This document shows, in pieces, positions 44,389-52,718 of a stretch of DNA of 64,000 nucleotides (positions are counted from its first letter, which is position 1; each line of letters begins with the position of its first letter). The position numbers and the translations under genes are program-made. The notes beneath the pieces were generated by a model. It was not told where the DNA came from, ran no database searches, and worked only from the letters and a program-made list of their open reading frames with translations. The stretch spans positions 10,467-74,466 of the IMG/VR virus record IMGVR_UViG_3300009428_000004. One strand, written 5' to 3'. The DNA is from a virus.

Positions 44389-44718
44389 TCAGTTATCTAC
44401 TTTTGAACCGGCACGCCACTGATAGCAACTCCAGTACTTCGCTTTCCACTTGGGTCCTGGACTATCACATCCGTGTCTGGCTCTGAAACTTTTTCTTCTT
44501 GCCGGATCGTCTCTTTTGATCTCTGAATTAGGATCGCCAAAGGTTACCTTAACTACATTATCTTTATCGTTCTTAACGTAGACTCCGAACTTGCCCTTTG
44601 AACCAGTAGGTAATCGAAAAGGATCATTAAGTGTTACCTTACGTCCTTGATACTCACTTTCTTCTGTGACTAGCTCTTCGCAGTTACAAACGTCTAGGAA
44701 TTTTTGAAAAGACTTCAT
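44389..44718 (-). CDS. Small basic internal-protein candidate
   Basis: MKSFQKFL...EE N-terminus; KVTFGDP...RRKSFRARHGC...YWSCYQW. Confidence 0.65.
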   Translation of the reverse strand: MKSFQKFLDVCNCEELVTEESEYQGRKVTLNDPFRLPTGSKGKFGVYVKNDKDNVVKVTFGDPNSEIKRDDPARRKSFRARHGCDSPGPKWKAKYWSCYQWRAGSKVDN

Positions 44719-44948
44719 TCATCTTCTCCACTATTCATCATATATCGATGAGCAGTATTCAAATAATCTGCGGCTTTCGTGATCTTACTTTGAACCCATT
44801 CAGGCAAGTTCTCTTCATCTTCAAACATTCCAATCATATGCTCTGCATCTGAAAGTATGCCTTTAAGCTGAGTCTTAGCCATCTTGCCCTCGTTGTCGTA
44901 TTCTTTAGAGTTTTTATCTTCCGATACGAATGTCGCAAAAGTTTTCAT
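44715..44948 (-). CDS. Small internal-protein candidate
   Basis: MKTFATFVSE; EGKMAKTQL...LPEWVQSKITKAADYL. Confidence 0.65.
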   Translation of the reverse strand: MKTFATFVSEDKNSKEYDNEGKMAKTQLKGILSDAEHMIGMFEDEENLPEWVQSKITKAADYLNTAHRYMMNSGEDE

Positions 44949-44952
44949 CTTT

Positions 44953-45843
44953 TTATCCTAAAAGTTTTTGAAGTGTAGCAGGACCAGCGACACCATCTGG
45001 AGTCAGTCCACTTTTTGTTTGATACTCTTTGATAGCTCTTTTGGTACCTGGACCAAATATTCCATCTGCTGTCAAGCCTAGTTTTGCTTGAACTGCTTTG
45101 ACTGTATCGTTATTATCACCTATTGATATTGTCACATATTCAACAGATCCCGTTTTCTTAGATGATTTCTTAAGTACAGGCTTCTTACCAGTTAGTAATT
45201 CCATTGCACTCTCATAGCGACTAGTGCGATCAGCAAGACCGATATCACCACCGTTAATCTTTTTAGTCATCTTAACTATATCGCATTGGTCTGCGATAGC
45301 GTTTAACTTAGATGTTTTCCAAAACCAGCAAGCCGACTCGATAGCGCCCTTTTCAGTGGCTACGTATGCGGCTGCCTTCTCAGCAGTCATCTTAACTGTT
45401 TTACCAAACTTGGTATAATTCTCACGACCAGTAAGTTGCTTTAGTCCACGACCTCTGAACAACCAACCGTCACCAGATTTTGTGTTGCCCATTTTATACT
45501 TACGGAACTCGTCCATGTATACGTAGTTAGCGATCTTCTCTGGGTTACGTGCGTACTCTTTTGCATTACGCTTAGTTCCACCAGTACCAAAATACCGACC
45601 AAACACTCGCTTGAGTGCATCTTCGCTATAGTTTAAATTCTCTTCTAACGATCTAAAATTATTAGACTCATGGGCACACTGTGCTATGAATCCTGCTATT
45701 CTTTCAGGCGTGTTAATTTCATACTTGGGAAATATTTCCACAATAGCATCATACCACATGTCTACCTTATCATTACCAGGTATCATCTGGGCTAGCATTT
45801 CTTTCGTGAGTGCGCTATCACTCTTGTTCTTTTTCCAAAACAT
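44953..45843 (-). CDS. Endolysin: GH19 lysozyme/chitinase-like domain plus peptidoglycan-binding domain
   Basis: FIAQCAHES, LEENLNYS, FRGRGLKQLTGRENY, TKKINGG; C-terminal ADGIFGPGT..AIKEYQ..SGLTPDGVAGPAT. Confidence 0.92.
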   Translation of the reverse strand: MFWKKNKSDSALTKEMLAQMIPGNDKVDMWYDAIVEIFPKYEINTPERIAGFIAQCAHESNNFRSLEENLNYSEDALKRVFGRYFGTGGTKRNAKEYARNPEKIANYVYMDEFRKYKMGNTKSGDGWLFRGRGLKQLTGRENYTKFGKTVKMTAEKAAAYVATEKGAIESACWFWKTSKLNAIADQCDIVKMTKKINGGDIGLADRTSRYESAMELLTGKKPVLKKSSKKTGSVEYVTISIGDNNDTVKAVQAKLGLTADGIFGPGTKRAIKEYQTKSGLTPDGVAGPATLQKLLG

Positions 45844-46274
45844 TATTCGTTTATCCCTTTTGTAAAAGTTTTACTGAAGCTGTAGACGTGCTTCAACAGT
45901 TCCTTCACCTTAACATTTGACTGCATAACATCTATACTGCCACCAACATTCTTAGCCGCTAACCATCTATGGTGTCCATCAATTATATAGTTGTCTGAAC
46001 TAACAATGAGAGGCTTAGCCTTACCCAAAGTTTTAATGTTAGATATCTTATCGACAATTTTGTCTACATTGAAATCACTTTGCGTGGCTTTTAATTTTGT
46101 AGCCTTAACGCTCTTCTTCTGAACTCGCACGCCATTCTTCTTAAGATGCACTATCAACTCATCATAGTCCTTAGACCTGACTTGCGGCATCTTATCTCTC
46201 TTTATTCCGAGAGTGTCTTTAGCATCAGGTCTTTCGACCTTCAACTCAGCGATATATGTTCTAAACTTCTTCAT
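45843..46274 (-). CDS. ParB/Srx-like domain protein
   Basis: LKATQSDF, PLIVSSDNYIIDGHHRWLAA; N-terminus MKKFRTYIAE. Confidence 0.75.
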   Translation of the reverse strand: MKKFRTYIAELKVERPDAKDTLGIKRDKMPQVRSKDYDELIVHLKKNGVRVQKKSVKATKLKATQSDFNVDKIVDKISNIKTLGKAKPLIVSSDNYIIDGHHRWLAAKNVGGSIDVMQSNVKVKELLKHVYSFSKTFTKGINE

Positions 46275-49200
46275 ACTTTAATTACTTTATCTGATGTGCC
46301 AAAGTTTTTCTTACGCATGATAGTCTTGTTAACTACTTCATACTCGTCTTTATCTTTATTATAGTTGATTACGATAGGCAGATTCAAGTCAGCTTGCATG
46401 TCTTTTAATACAGCTTCACTATCTGGATTCTGTCTGATCTCTACTGCTTTTCTCTTAGCAATTTTCTTAAACACTTTTTGCAACTCTGCCACAGTGATTG
46501 CCGGCTTGTTACGTGAATCGTTCATACGATCTGCAAAGTGTCTAGTGAATTCGATATCGATTTTGAATTTAGCAAGTAGTCGATCACCAAACTTCTCTAG
46601 GTCTTGCAACTGCTTCTGCGTAACGTCTTCACTGAACATCTCATCAAATGATTCGTTAATACTTTGTCCAGGAGTATCTTTCTTGTAACGCTTAGTAACT
46701 TTATCAGTACCTTTGTCTCCAGCTCCACCCTCTTCGGTTACCATCTTCGCTAATAGCTTAGAGTCAACGTTTTTGTAGCTTCTAGCGATCTGTGCGGCGT
46801 AGTAACCTACGTCATGTCGCATACTGCCTTTTGGTCCAGTAGTCTCTTTTTTCTTTCTAGAGATTAAATCTTTTAGTGTTTTAAGTGCGTGTTGGTATTG
46901 TGTTTTATATAGCTTTAGACCTAACTTATCTTTGATCATCTCGGTTGGACTTTTCTCCATAAATAGATTTTCAAAGGATTCATCTACACTTTCTTTCGGT
47001 ACACAATTAGGAACTAGCTTGCCGTTTTTCTTCTTCATGCCTTTTTGCTCATGAGAGTCCCAACAAGGGTCGTCTTCTTTAATTGATTTGCCTTCGCTGT
47101 CGTATCCTGGCTTGCCAGCTTTCTCTTTCTTAGAGATAGCAATTGCGGCTCTTTGTGCAGGAGATACTGCGCCTTCTTCTAGATCAACTTCTTCTTTACG
47201 TACTTTAGCGGCAAGGTCTGCGTCAGCTTTACCCCATGTACCAGATGATTTAGTAATGAAAGAGTTAACACGTGCAAAGCCCCATTGTTGAGGAGTAGTA
47301 CCAGGTCTGTGACCAGTTCTCCATGCGGCAATACCTCTGTCATAAACTTTCTTTAGAACACTCAATGGCATTCCAGACTTCTCTGCTTTCTTTTTTAAAC
47401 CTTCATTACCCTTCTCTTCGTCTAGTAATACTTGATTAAAGATGTCATTAGAGGTCTCTTCGATGAAAGATATCAGATCAGCATCACAATCGAACTCTTC
47501 ATTTCTGGTCTCGGGTCTGTTTATTGAACGAACTTTCTTACGTAATTCACGTGTCAGTAAACCGTCCATCTCACGCTCATGCTCTCGACTCAGATTATTT
47601 CGTTCATCTTTGTGGTGCTTCTTTAGAGTCTTTTCTGCATCAGTATTGATAGCTATCTCTTCTAATTCTTGAGCTTCTGGAGTCTTTTTCTTGAATGCAC
47701 GAAATCTAGCGTCTAATTTTATTTTACCGTCTTTCTTAAACATCTGATGAAATCTTTGCACTTTAGGAGATTCGAACTCTTCATCGAACTGTTGATTTAC
47801 TACAAACTCTTCAAAAGTCTCGTTTACTTTACCGTATGTCTCGCACGGAGTTTTACCACATCCACAGTTTTTTTGCTCTTCAACAGGCTTCTCATGAGTG
47901 TATCCCATTTTCTTCATACGAAGATGATCTTCTTCTTTATCAGCTTTGTAACTTTTTCCAGTCTTTGGGTCATACATCATATGAGGCTCGAACGCTTCAC
48001 CATACATTTGATCATATTTTTTAGTGTGCTTCGATGTCTTAGTTTTAGCCTGTGCATCGCCAGGAGCTGGCTCATATGCGGCAGGATTATCGTCATTCAT
48101 TTCAGCGCCCTTCTTGAAATGTGCGTCACGTTTTACTTTAGTTGACTTAGCAAGACCTTTGTGATACACTGCAGGCTGTGTGCCTTTACGATCAGCAATA
48201 TCTTTATCTTGACCAACACTTGGAGCTTCAAATAGTCTTTCGAATTGCTCGTTAAACTCCTCATTCTTGCTCTTGCTGTTTAATCTAGCTAGGTCTGCTT
48301 TACGCACACTAGGAAGGATCTTCTTAGCAATCTTATCGATAGCTGCCTTCTTCTTAGAAACTCTCTTGTCAATCATCATCTTTTCTGAGGGAGAAAGTGA
48401 TGCATACTTTTCGCCTTTCTTACCAGCGATCTTCTTACGAATAATCTTGATAGCGGCCTTTCTCGCACGAGACTTCAGCATAGTCATAGTTGCGGCTTTT
48501 TTAGACAGACGCTTACGTGCGGCGGCAATCTTGTTTTTATACTTACGCATTACAATGCCACGATTACGGCGTTGCTGTACTGTTAGAACTGCTTCGTCTA
48601 GTTCCATCTCTTCAGCGATCTTTAATCCACCACGAACCAAATCGTAGATGTCTTCTGCATCTCTCTGTAATTTCTTAGGTAGTCCAGTTGTGAACTTCTT
48701 CATGTCGCCTTGAGATGCCAATAATCTCATTTTAGATGCAGACATGCCCGAAACGTCATCGGCATCTGGATCACGATCACCAGCAGATACAACTTCAATG
48801 TTATCAAACTTGTAGTCTTTACCGTTATATTTATTGAGTAGTTCGTCAAATTGCTTGATTCTGTCTGAACCTACAACCAAGATGACTTTAGAGTACTTTG
48901 ACTGTAGCTCTTGCATGATTTGGATAATAGTCTTGGATTTAGACTTCTCGATCACATTGTTGCCGAATGCTTTCTTGGCAAGCATGATCTTATCGTCATA
49001 CGCCAAAGGATTCTTTTTAGCATCCTGTGTATGAGATATGTAAACTTTTGGGACTGCGGAAGCTTTACGTGCAACAGCTTTAATCTTGTTGACTAGCTTC
49101 TCATGTCCAACAGTGATGGGATTCATTCTGCCCCATCCAAGAACTACAGTCTTATCGACCGCTTCGTCTAGAGTGGGATTGATATCAATAGTGTTCTTTA

Positions 49201-49291
49201 CTAAAACTTCGTTTTCTTTATCTAACTTAGCTTTAGCCTTTTTCTTGACAACCTTCTTCTCAACAGGTTTAGTGTCTTCTATATCGTCCAT
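46271..49291 (-). CDS. Large modular protein: N-terminal cytidylyltransferase-like (HIGH) domain plus multiple internal-protein modules
   Basis: GWGRMNPITVGHEKL, VVGSDR, SAGDRDPD, MSASKMR; later VYDRGIAAW...QWGFARVNSF, CW...KNGKLVPNCVP, FTRHFADRMND. Confidence 0.8.
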   Translation of the reverse strand: MDDIEDTKPVEKKVVKKKAKAKLDKENEVLVKNTIDINPTLDEAVDKTVVLGWGRMNPITVGHEKLVNKIKAVARKASAVPKVYISHTQDAKKNPLAYDDKIMLAKKAFGNNVIEKSKSKTIIQIMQELQSKYSKVILVVGSDRIKQFDELLNKYNGKDYKFDNIEVVSAGDRDPDADDVSGMSASKMRLLASQGDMKKFTTGLPKKLQRDAEDIYDLVRGGLKIAEEMELDEAVLTVQQRRNRGIVMRKYKNKIAAARKRLSKKAATMTMLKSRARKAAIKIIRKKIAGKKGEKYASLSPSEKMMIDKRVSKKKAAIDKIAKKILPSVRKADLARLNSKSKNEEFNEQFERLFEAPSVGQDKDIADRKGTQPAVYHKGLAKSTKVKRDAHFKKGAEMNDDNPAAYEPAPGDAQAKTKTSKHTKKYDQMYGEAFEPHMMYDPKTGKSYKADKEEDHLRMKKMGYTHEKPVEEQKNCGCGKTPCETYGKVNETFEEFVVNQQFDEEFESPKVQRFHQMFKKDGKIKLDARFRAFKKKTPEAQELEEIAINTDAEKTLKKHHKDERNNLSREHEREMDGLLTRELRKKVRSINRPETRNEEFDCDADLISFIEETSNDIFNQVLLDEEKGNEGLKKKAEKSGMPLSVLKKVYDRGIAAWRTGHRPGTTPQQWGFARVNSFITKSSGTWGKADADLAAKVRKEEVDLEEGAVSPAQRAAIAISKKEKAGKPGYDSEGKSIKEDDPCWDSHEQKGMKKKNGKLVPNCVPKESVDESFENLFMEKSPTEMIKDKLGLKLYKTQYQHALKTLKDLISRKKKETTGPKGSMRHDVGYYAAQIARSYKNVDSKLLAKMVTEEGGAGDKGTDKVTKRYKKDTPGQSINESFDEMFSEDVTQKQLQDLEKFGDRLLAKFKIDIEFTRHFADRMNDSRNKPAITVAELQKVFKKIAKRKAVEIRQNPDSEAVLKDMQADLNLPIVINYNKDKDEYEVVNKTIMRKKNFGTSDKVIKV

Positions 49292-49376
49292 TTTTATCCT
49301 CTTATCGTAGGTTTACCGTAGTCTAACTACAAATGATATTGTAATAGTCCACTAACAAGTGCTAGTGAACTATCTT

Positions 49377-49384
49377 TATTTATA
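49377..49384 (-). promoter_or_regulatory. Late promoter with structured ~85-nt leader
   Basis: TATAAATA then hairpin ATAGTTCACTA/TAGTGGACTAT. Confidence 0.75.
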
Positions 49385-49395
49385 ATATATGGTTG

Positions 49396-49899
49396 CTATG
49401 AATCTGTAGTTGTCGGTGACATATGCTGATTATAAACATCTCTCAACGTTCTAGCATCTTCTTCTGCGGCATCAGCGTGAGCCTTAGCTTCTTCTAATGC
49501 GATATTGGCTGCCAATAGTCTAGCCTCAGCCATTCTAACATCTTCTTCCATACGTTGCAACATACGTGCCATATCTTTGGCTTCTTGAATCTTTGCCGCT
49601 TCAACGACAGGATCAACCATAGGCTGTATCTCAGCAAAAACTTCAGATAGAAGTGGATCGTCCTGAGGCTCTGGTATATCAATCAACTCTTCTGAGAATT
49701 CTGGGTGTAATGGATGCTCTGACACCTCAAACTCATAAGCGACATCTTCAGCTTCCATGTCTTCTTCAATCTTCTTGAGAGTGATAAATTCTTGAAGTTG
49801 GGCAATTAGATGAGACTTAACAAGTCTTCTATCCAATTCAATACCAATCGTTCTTCCATATGATTCTAGATCAGACTTGCTCATTGATTCGAATTCCAT
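49396..49899 (-). CDS. Acidic coiled-coil protein
   Basis: KSDLESYGRTIGIELDRR N-terminal motif; C-terminal coiled coil. Confidence 0.6.
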   Translation of the reverse strand: MEFESMSKSDLESYGRTIGIELDRRLVKSHLIAQLQEFITLKKIEEDMEAEDVAYEFEVSEHPLHPEFSEELIDIPEPQDDPLLSEVFAEIQPMVDPVVEAAKIQEAKDMARMLQRMEEDVRMAEARLLAANIALEEAKAHADAAEEDARTLRDVYNQHMSPTTTDS

Positions 49900-49902
49900 A
49901 TT

Positions 49903-50085
49903 CTACTTCTCCGACTTCATGAATGTCCAGATACCGTATGCTAATCCAGCCCAGGCTGCGATCTTCACGATACCACCAAATAGAATGATTGCTATGCAAC
50001 CAGCTACAATAACACCAGCGTCTAAGCTAGTTCTTTCTAAAAATCTTTCTTTTAACCAATTCATAATTATCTCCTTTAAATGCAA
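49903..50085 (-). CDS. Small two-TM membrane protein
   Basis: RFLERTSLDAGVIVAG...GLAYGIWTFMKSE; late promoter at 50127-50134. Confidence 0.6.
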   Translation of the reverse strand: MHLKEIIMNWLKERFLERTSLDAGVIVAGCIAIILFGGIVKIAAWAGLAYGIWTFMKSEK

Positions 50086-50164
50086 AAGCAGGCATTAAGC
50101 CCGCTTTATTAGTTGACTCGTACTATTATTTATAATAGCACGAATATGATGTCAAGTGAATTTA

Positions 50165-50329
50165 TTAGTCCTGCATCATAACTCGCTTGGCTTCTTCATG
50201 CATTCCCATCTGACTGAGTTGGGCTGCGGCTCTCGCACGACCAACACGCTCCGTAGACTTGATCCACGCTCTACCAAAAAATCGTAGAGACGCACAGACT
50301 GAACAATAAGTGGCTGTTAAAGTACTCAT
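50165..50329 (-). CDS. 54-aa protein (not in ORF track)
   Basis: MSTLTATYCSVCASLRFFGRAWIKSTERVGRARAAAQLSQMGMHEEAKRVMMQD; ATGA overlap with the DUF1127 gene. Confidence 0.6.
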   Translation of the reverse strand: MSTLTATYCSVCASLRFFGRAWIKSTERVGRARAAAQLSQMGMHEEAKRVMMQD

Positions 50330-50583
50330 ATGTCCAATATTCCTTCTGGCATTTTATCGTATAAAGGAACTTTTTTACCATTCATGCGTTCTATGATATC
50401 ATCATAATGCTTATTAGCTATGTAATGTATATCACCTCTGCAAAGTCCAATGTCATTCAAGTCTTTATCTGAAAGTCTTGACAATTCTTTTACAGTATCT
50501 CTGGCTGCCCAGTGTGCGTTAAATCTAACTCTAATGCCTTTAGCAACTCTAATGAATTTTTCAATCACAACATTTCTCCTCAT
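50326..50583 (-). CDS. DUF1127 (YjiS-like) small protein
   Basis: RDTVKELSRLSDKDLNDIGLCRGDI. Confidence 0.85.
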   Translation of the reverse strand: MRRNVVIEKFIRVAKGIRVRFNAHWAARDTVKELSRLSDKDLNDIGLCRGDIHYIANKHYDDIIERMNGKKVPLYDKMPEGILDI

Positions 50584-50680
50584 ATTTGTGCTGTAGCCCT
50601 TTGACTACACTATTATTTATGAGAGAAATGTGTATTTTAGCTTTGCAAGTATAGTATACTCGCCATGCACGTGGTGAATT

Positions 50681-51913
50681 CTACTTCTGCCAGCCTTTGA
50701 TGTACTCTGAATTGAAGTTGGCGTTACTGAACTGCAATCTATCTACCAGCTTTACTGCGTTCTTGCCCATACGATCAATAGCAACGAAGCCTTCTTGCTC
50801 AGTCACTTTGTATCCGTCTGCCGTTTTCAAGAATGTGCCAACGTTCTTAGCTCTATCAAGTTTACGTATGATAGTCAACTTAGCCTCAACAATCAAATTG
50901 TATAGCTCGAATAGCGCAACGATTTGGCTCTTATCAGTATTGGAAAAGTATGATAGTATCTCTGTACGTTTAGCGGTCTTCTTTTCTTTACCCTTTTCAG
51001 ACTTAAGCTTATCAATCTCTTTCTGGTAGTATGCATAGATGAAGTCCATAAGCTCACTGACAAATGATGCAGGATCTTTGATCTTTTCACCAGCTCGTAC
51101 TTTCACATTAACAAACGTCTTAACTCTAGTGAGAAGTTCTTCGTTCTCTGTGATTCCGTCGAAGGTAGACTTTTTAATAGTGTTGAATTTCTTGCCAGCT
51201 TGAGATAGAAGTTTTGTTACTGCATCAGTTTCTTTCTGTGTCATAGTGGCATCACCACTCATGTCTTTGTAGATAGCGTCTACCGACCAGACGCCTGTCG
51301 ATTTTTTGAGATTGCTTGCGATCTCTTTTCCAAAACTTGCTGACATTGATTCAAAAGATTTACCTCTGTATTCAGTGTGCCAAACCACACCGATCTCGGA
51401 TCTGAGGATTTGTGAAGCAAGCTTGCTTTTCGCTGGTATCGCATAAACAATGGTATTAGGATGGAAAGTAATATACGATTCTCCATCAACACTAACCTTT
51501 TTGATATCCTTTTTCGCATATAAGAAATCACCCTGTATCACCCCCTTAATATTCAATGCTGGCAAGTTCTTTAACGCCAACTTCATTTTTATATTCAAAT
51601 CACCCTTTGCGATATCATCATCGATATCTTTATTAGTCTTGTATACTTTAGGATTCTTATTAAAGATACCCTTCTTAGCAACAAAGAACTTGCCATCAGT
51701 CGGATCAATACCAGCAAATACTGCTGGTGCTCCATCCCACTTTACAGTCACATTGACCTTAGCTTTAGATTTACCAGCCAACATATCTCGCAATGCTCTT
51801 AGGTAGTTGATAGACTCCCTAGCACCATCGACACCTGCGTTCAGCAGATTATCTTCGAGGTGTTCCATATGAGTATTCTTGTCTTCAGTCAAAAATGACG
51901 ATAAGCGTATCAT
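50681..51913 (-). CDS. Conserved T4-like protein with ligase/covalent nucleotidyltransferase-like motifs (DUF6267-like)
   Basis: NTHMEHLED, VTVKWDGAPA, IQGDFLY, EGFVAID, AVKLVDR; N-terminus MIRLSSFLTE. Confidence 0.7.
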   Translation of the reverse strand: MIRLSSFLTEDKNTHMEHLEDNLLNAGVDGARESINYLRALRDMLAGKSKAKVNVTVKWDGAPAVFAGIDPTDGKFFVAKKGIFNKNPKVYKTNKDIDDDIAKGDLNIKMKLALKNLPALNIKGVIQGDFLYAKKDIKKVSVDGESYITFHPNTIVYAIPAKSKLASQILRSEIGVVWHTEYRGKSFESMSASFGKEIASNLKKSTGVWSVDAIYKDMSGDATMTQKETDAVTKLLSQAGKKFNTIKKSTFDGITENEELLTRVKTFVNVKVRAGEKIKDPASFVSELMDFIYAYYQKEIDKLKSEKGKEKKTAKRTEILSYFSNTDKSQIVALFELYNLIVEAKLTIIRKLDRAKNVGTFLKTADGYKVTEQEGFVAIDRMGKNAVKLVDRLQFSNANFNSEYIKGWQK

Positions 51914-51914
51914 G

Positions 51915-52718
51915 TTATACTCCAAATAACTTTTTTATGTCTTCGGGATTATCAAGGCTATACTTAGATTTGATATTTGTTTTTAATCTACCTTGACATC
52001 TATATCCAGCACCGACAACACGATAATCTTCGCCTTCAACTTTTCTCGCTTTACTTCCAGATGGTCCAAGTCTGAACTCGATATTCACAGAGCCTTTATA
52101 CTCAGGCACATCTAGCTTCAATGGATTACTGCCTAGATAAAACAGTCCTGCTTTACCAATCTGAATGTAGTACACATTCTTTCTATTGTATGCTTTTGCG
52201 ATAGTTCTTGCTGAATCAAAAGACTGAATGGTATTCATCTTCGCAAGATATCCAGCTTTCTGTGCCGCTGACCATGCTTCTTTTGTTACTGATCCAAATG
52301 GAATAGTATACGGAATCTTTTTATGTAATGCTAGTGGCTCTTGCTTACGAACGAAGTTGACCCAATCCTTTAGTGCCTTGTCTTGCTTCTTAGCCGCTTC
52401 TATAAAGAAGGGAATAGCGTCTTCGTCTACCGCATCGGGCTTGACTAGCGTGTGTGTCTTGTTTAACGTATCAATGCGAATAGAAGTACCACCCATTTGA
52501 GCGTTCTTATCCAGCTTGATTTCGATATTGAATTCTTTACCGTTATATAATGCTTCAATATCACCTGCGCCTTGGTTACTGTATCCTGCGCCTGGCTTAC
52601 TTCCAACATTTAGTCCTTCAATGCCCGCAGACTTCATCGCATCGAAAACTTTCTTCTCGTATGCTAGTCCCTTAGCGCCAACGCTTTCGGTAATAAAACT
52701 TTTAAATCTGACAGTCAT
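51915..52718 (-). CDS. PD-(D/E)XK nuclease-like protein
   Basis: GLAYEKKV...GDIEA...NIEIK; N-terminus MTVRFKSFITE. Confidence 0.6.
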   Translation of the reverse strand: MTVRFKSFITESVGAKGLAYEKKVFDAMKSAGIEGLNVGSKPGAGYSNQGAGDIEALYNGKEFNIEIKLDKNAQMGGTSIRIDTLNKTHTLVKPDAVDEDAIPFFIEAAKKQDKALKDWVNFVRKQEPLALHKKIPYTIPFGSVTKEAWSAAQKAGYLAKMNTIQSFDSARTIAKAYNRKNVYYIQIGKAGLFYLGSNPLKLDVPEYKGSVNIEFRLGPSGSKARKVEGEDYRVVGAGYRCQGRLKTNIKSKYSLDNPEDIKKLFGV

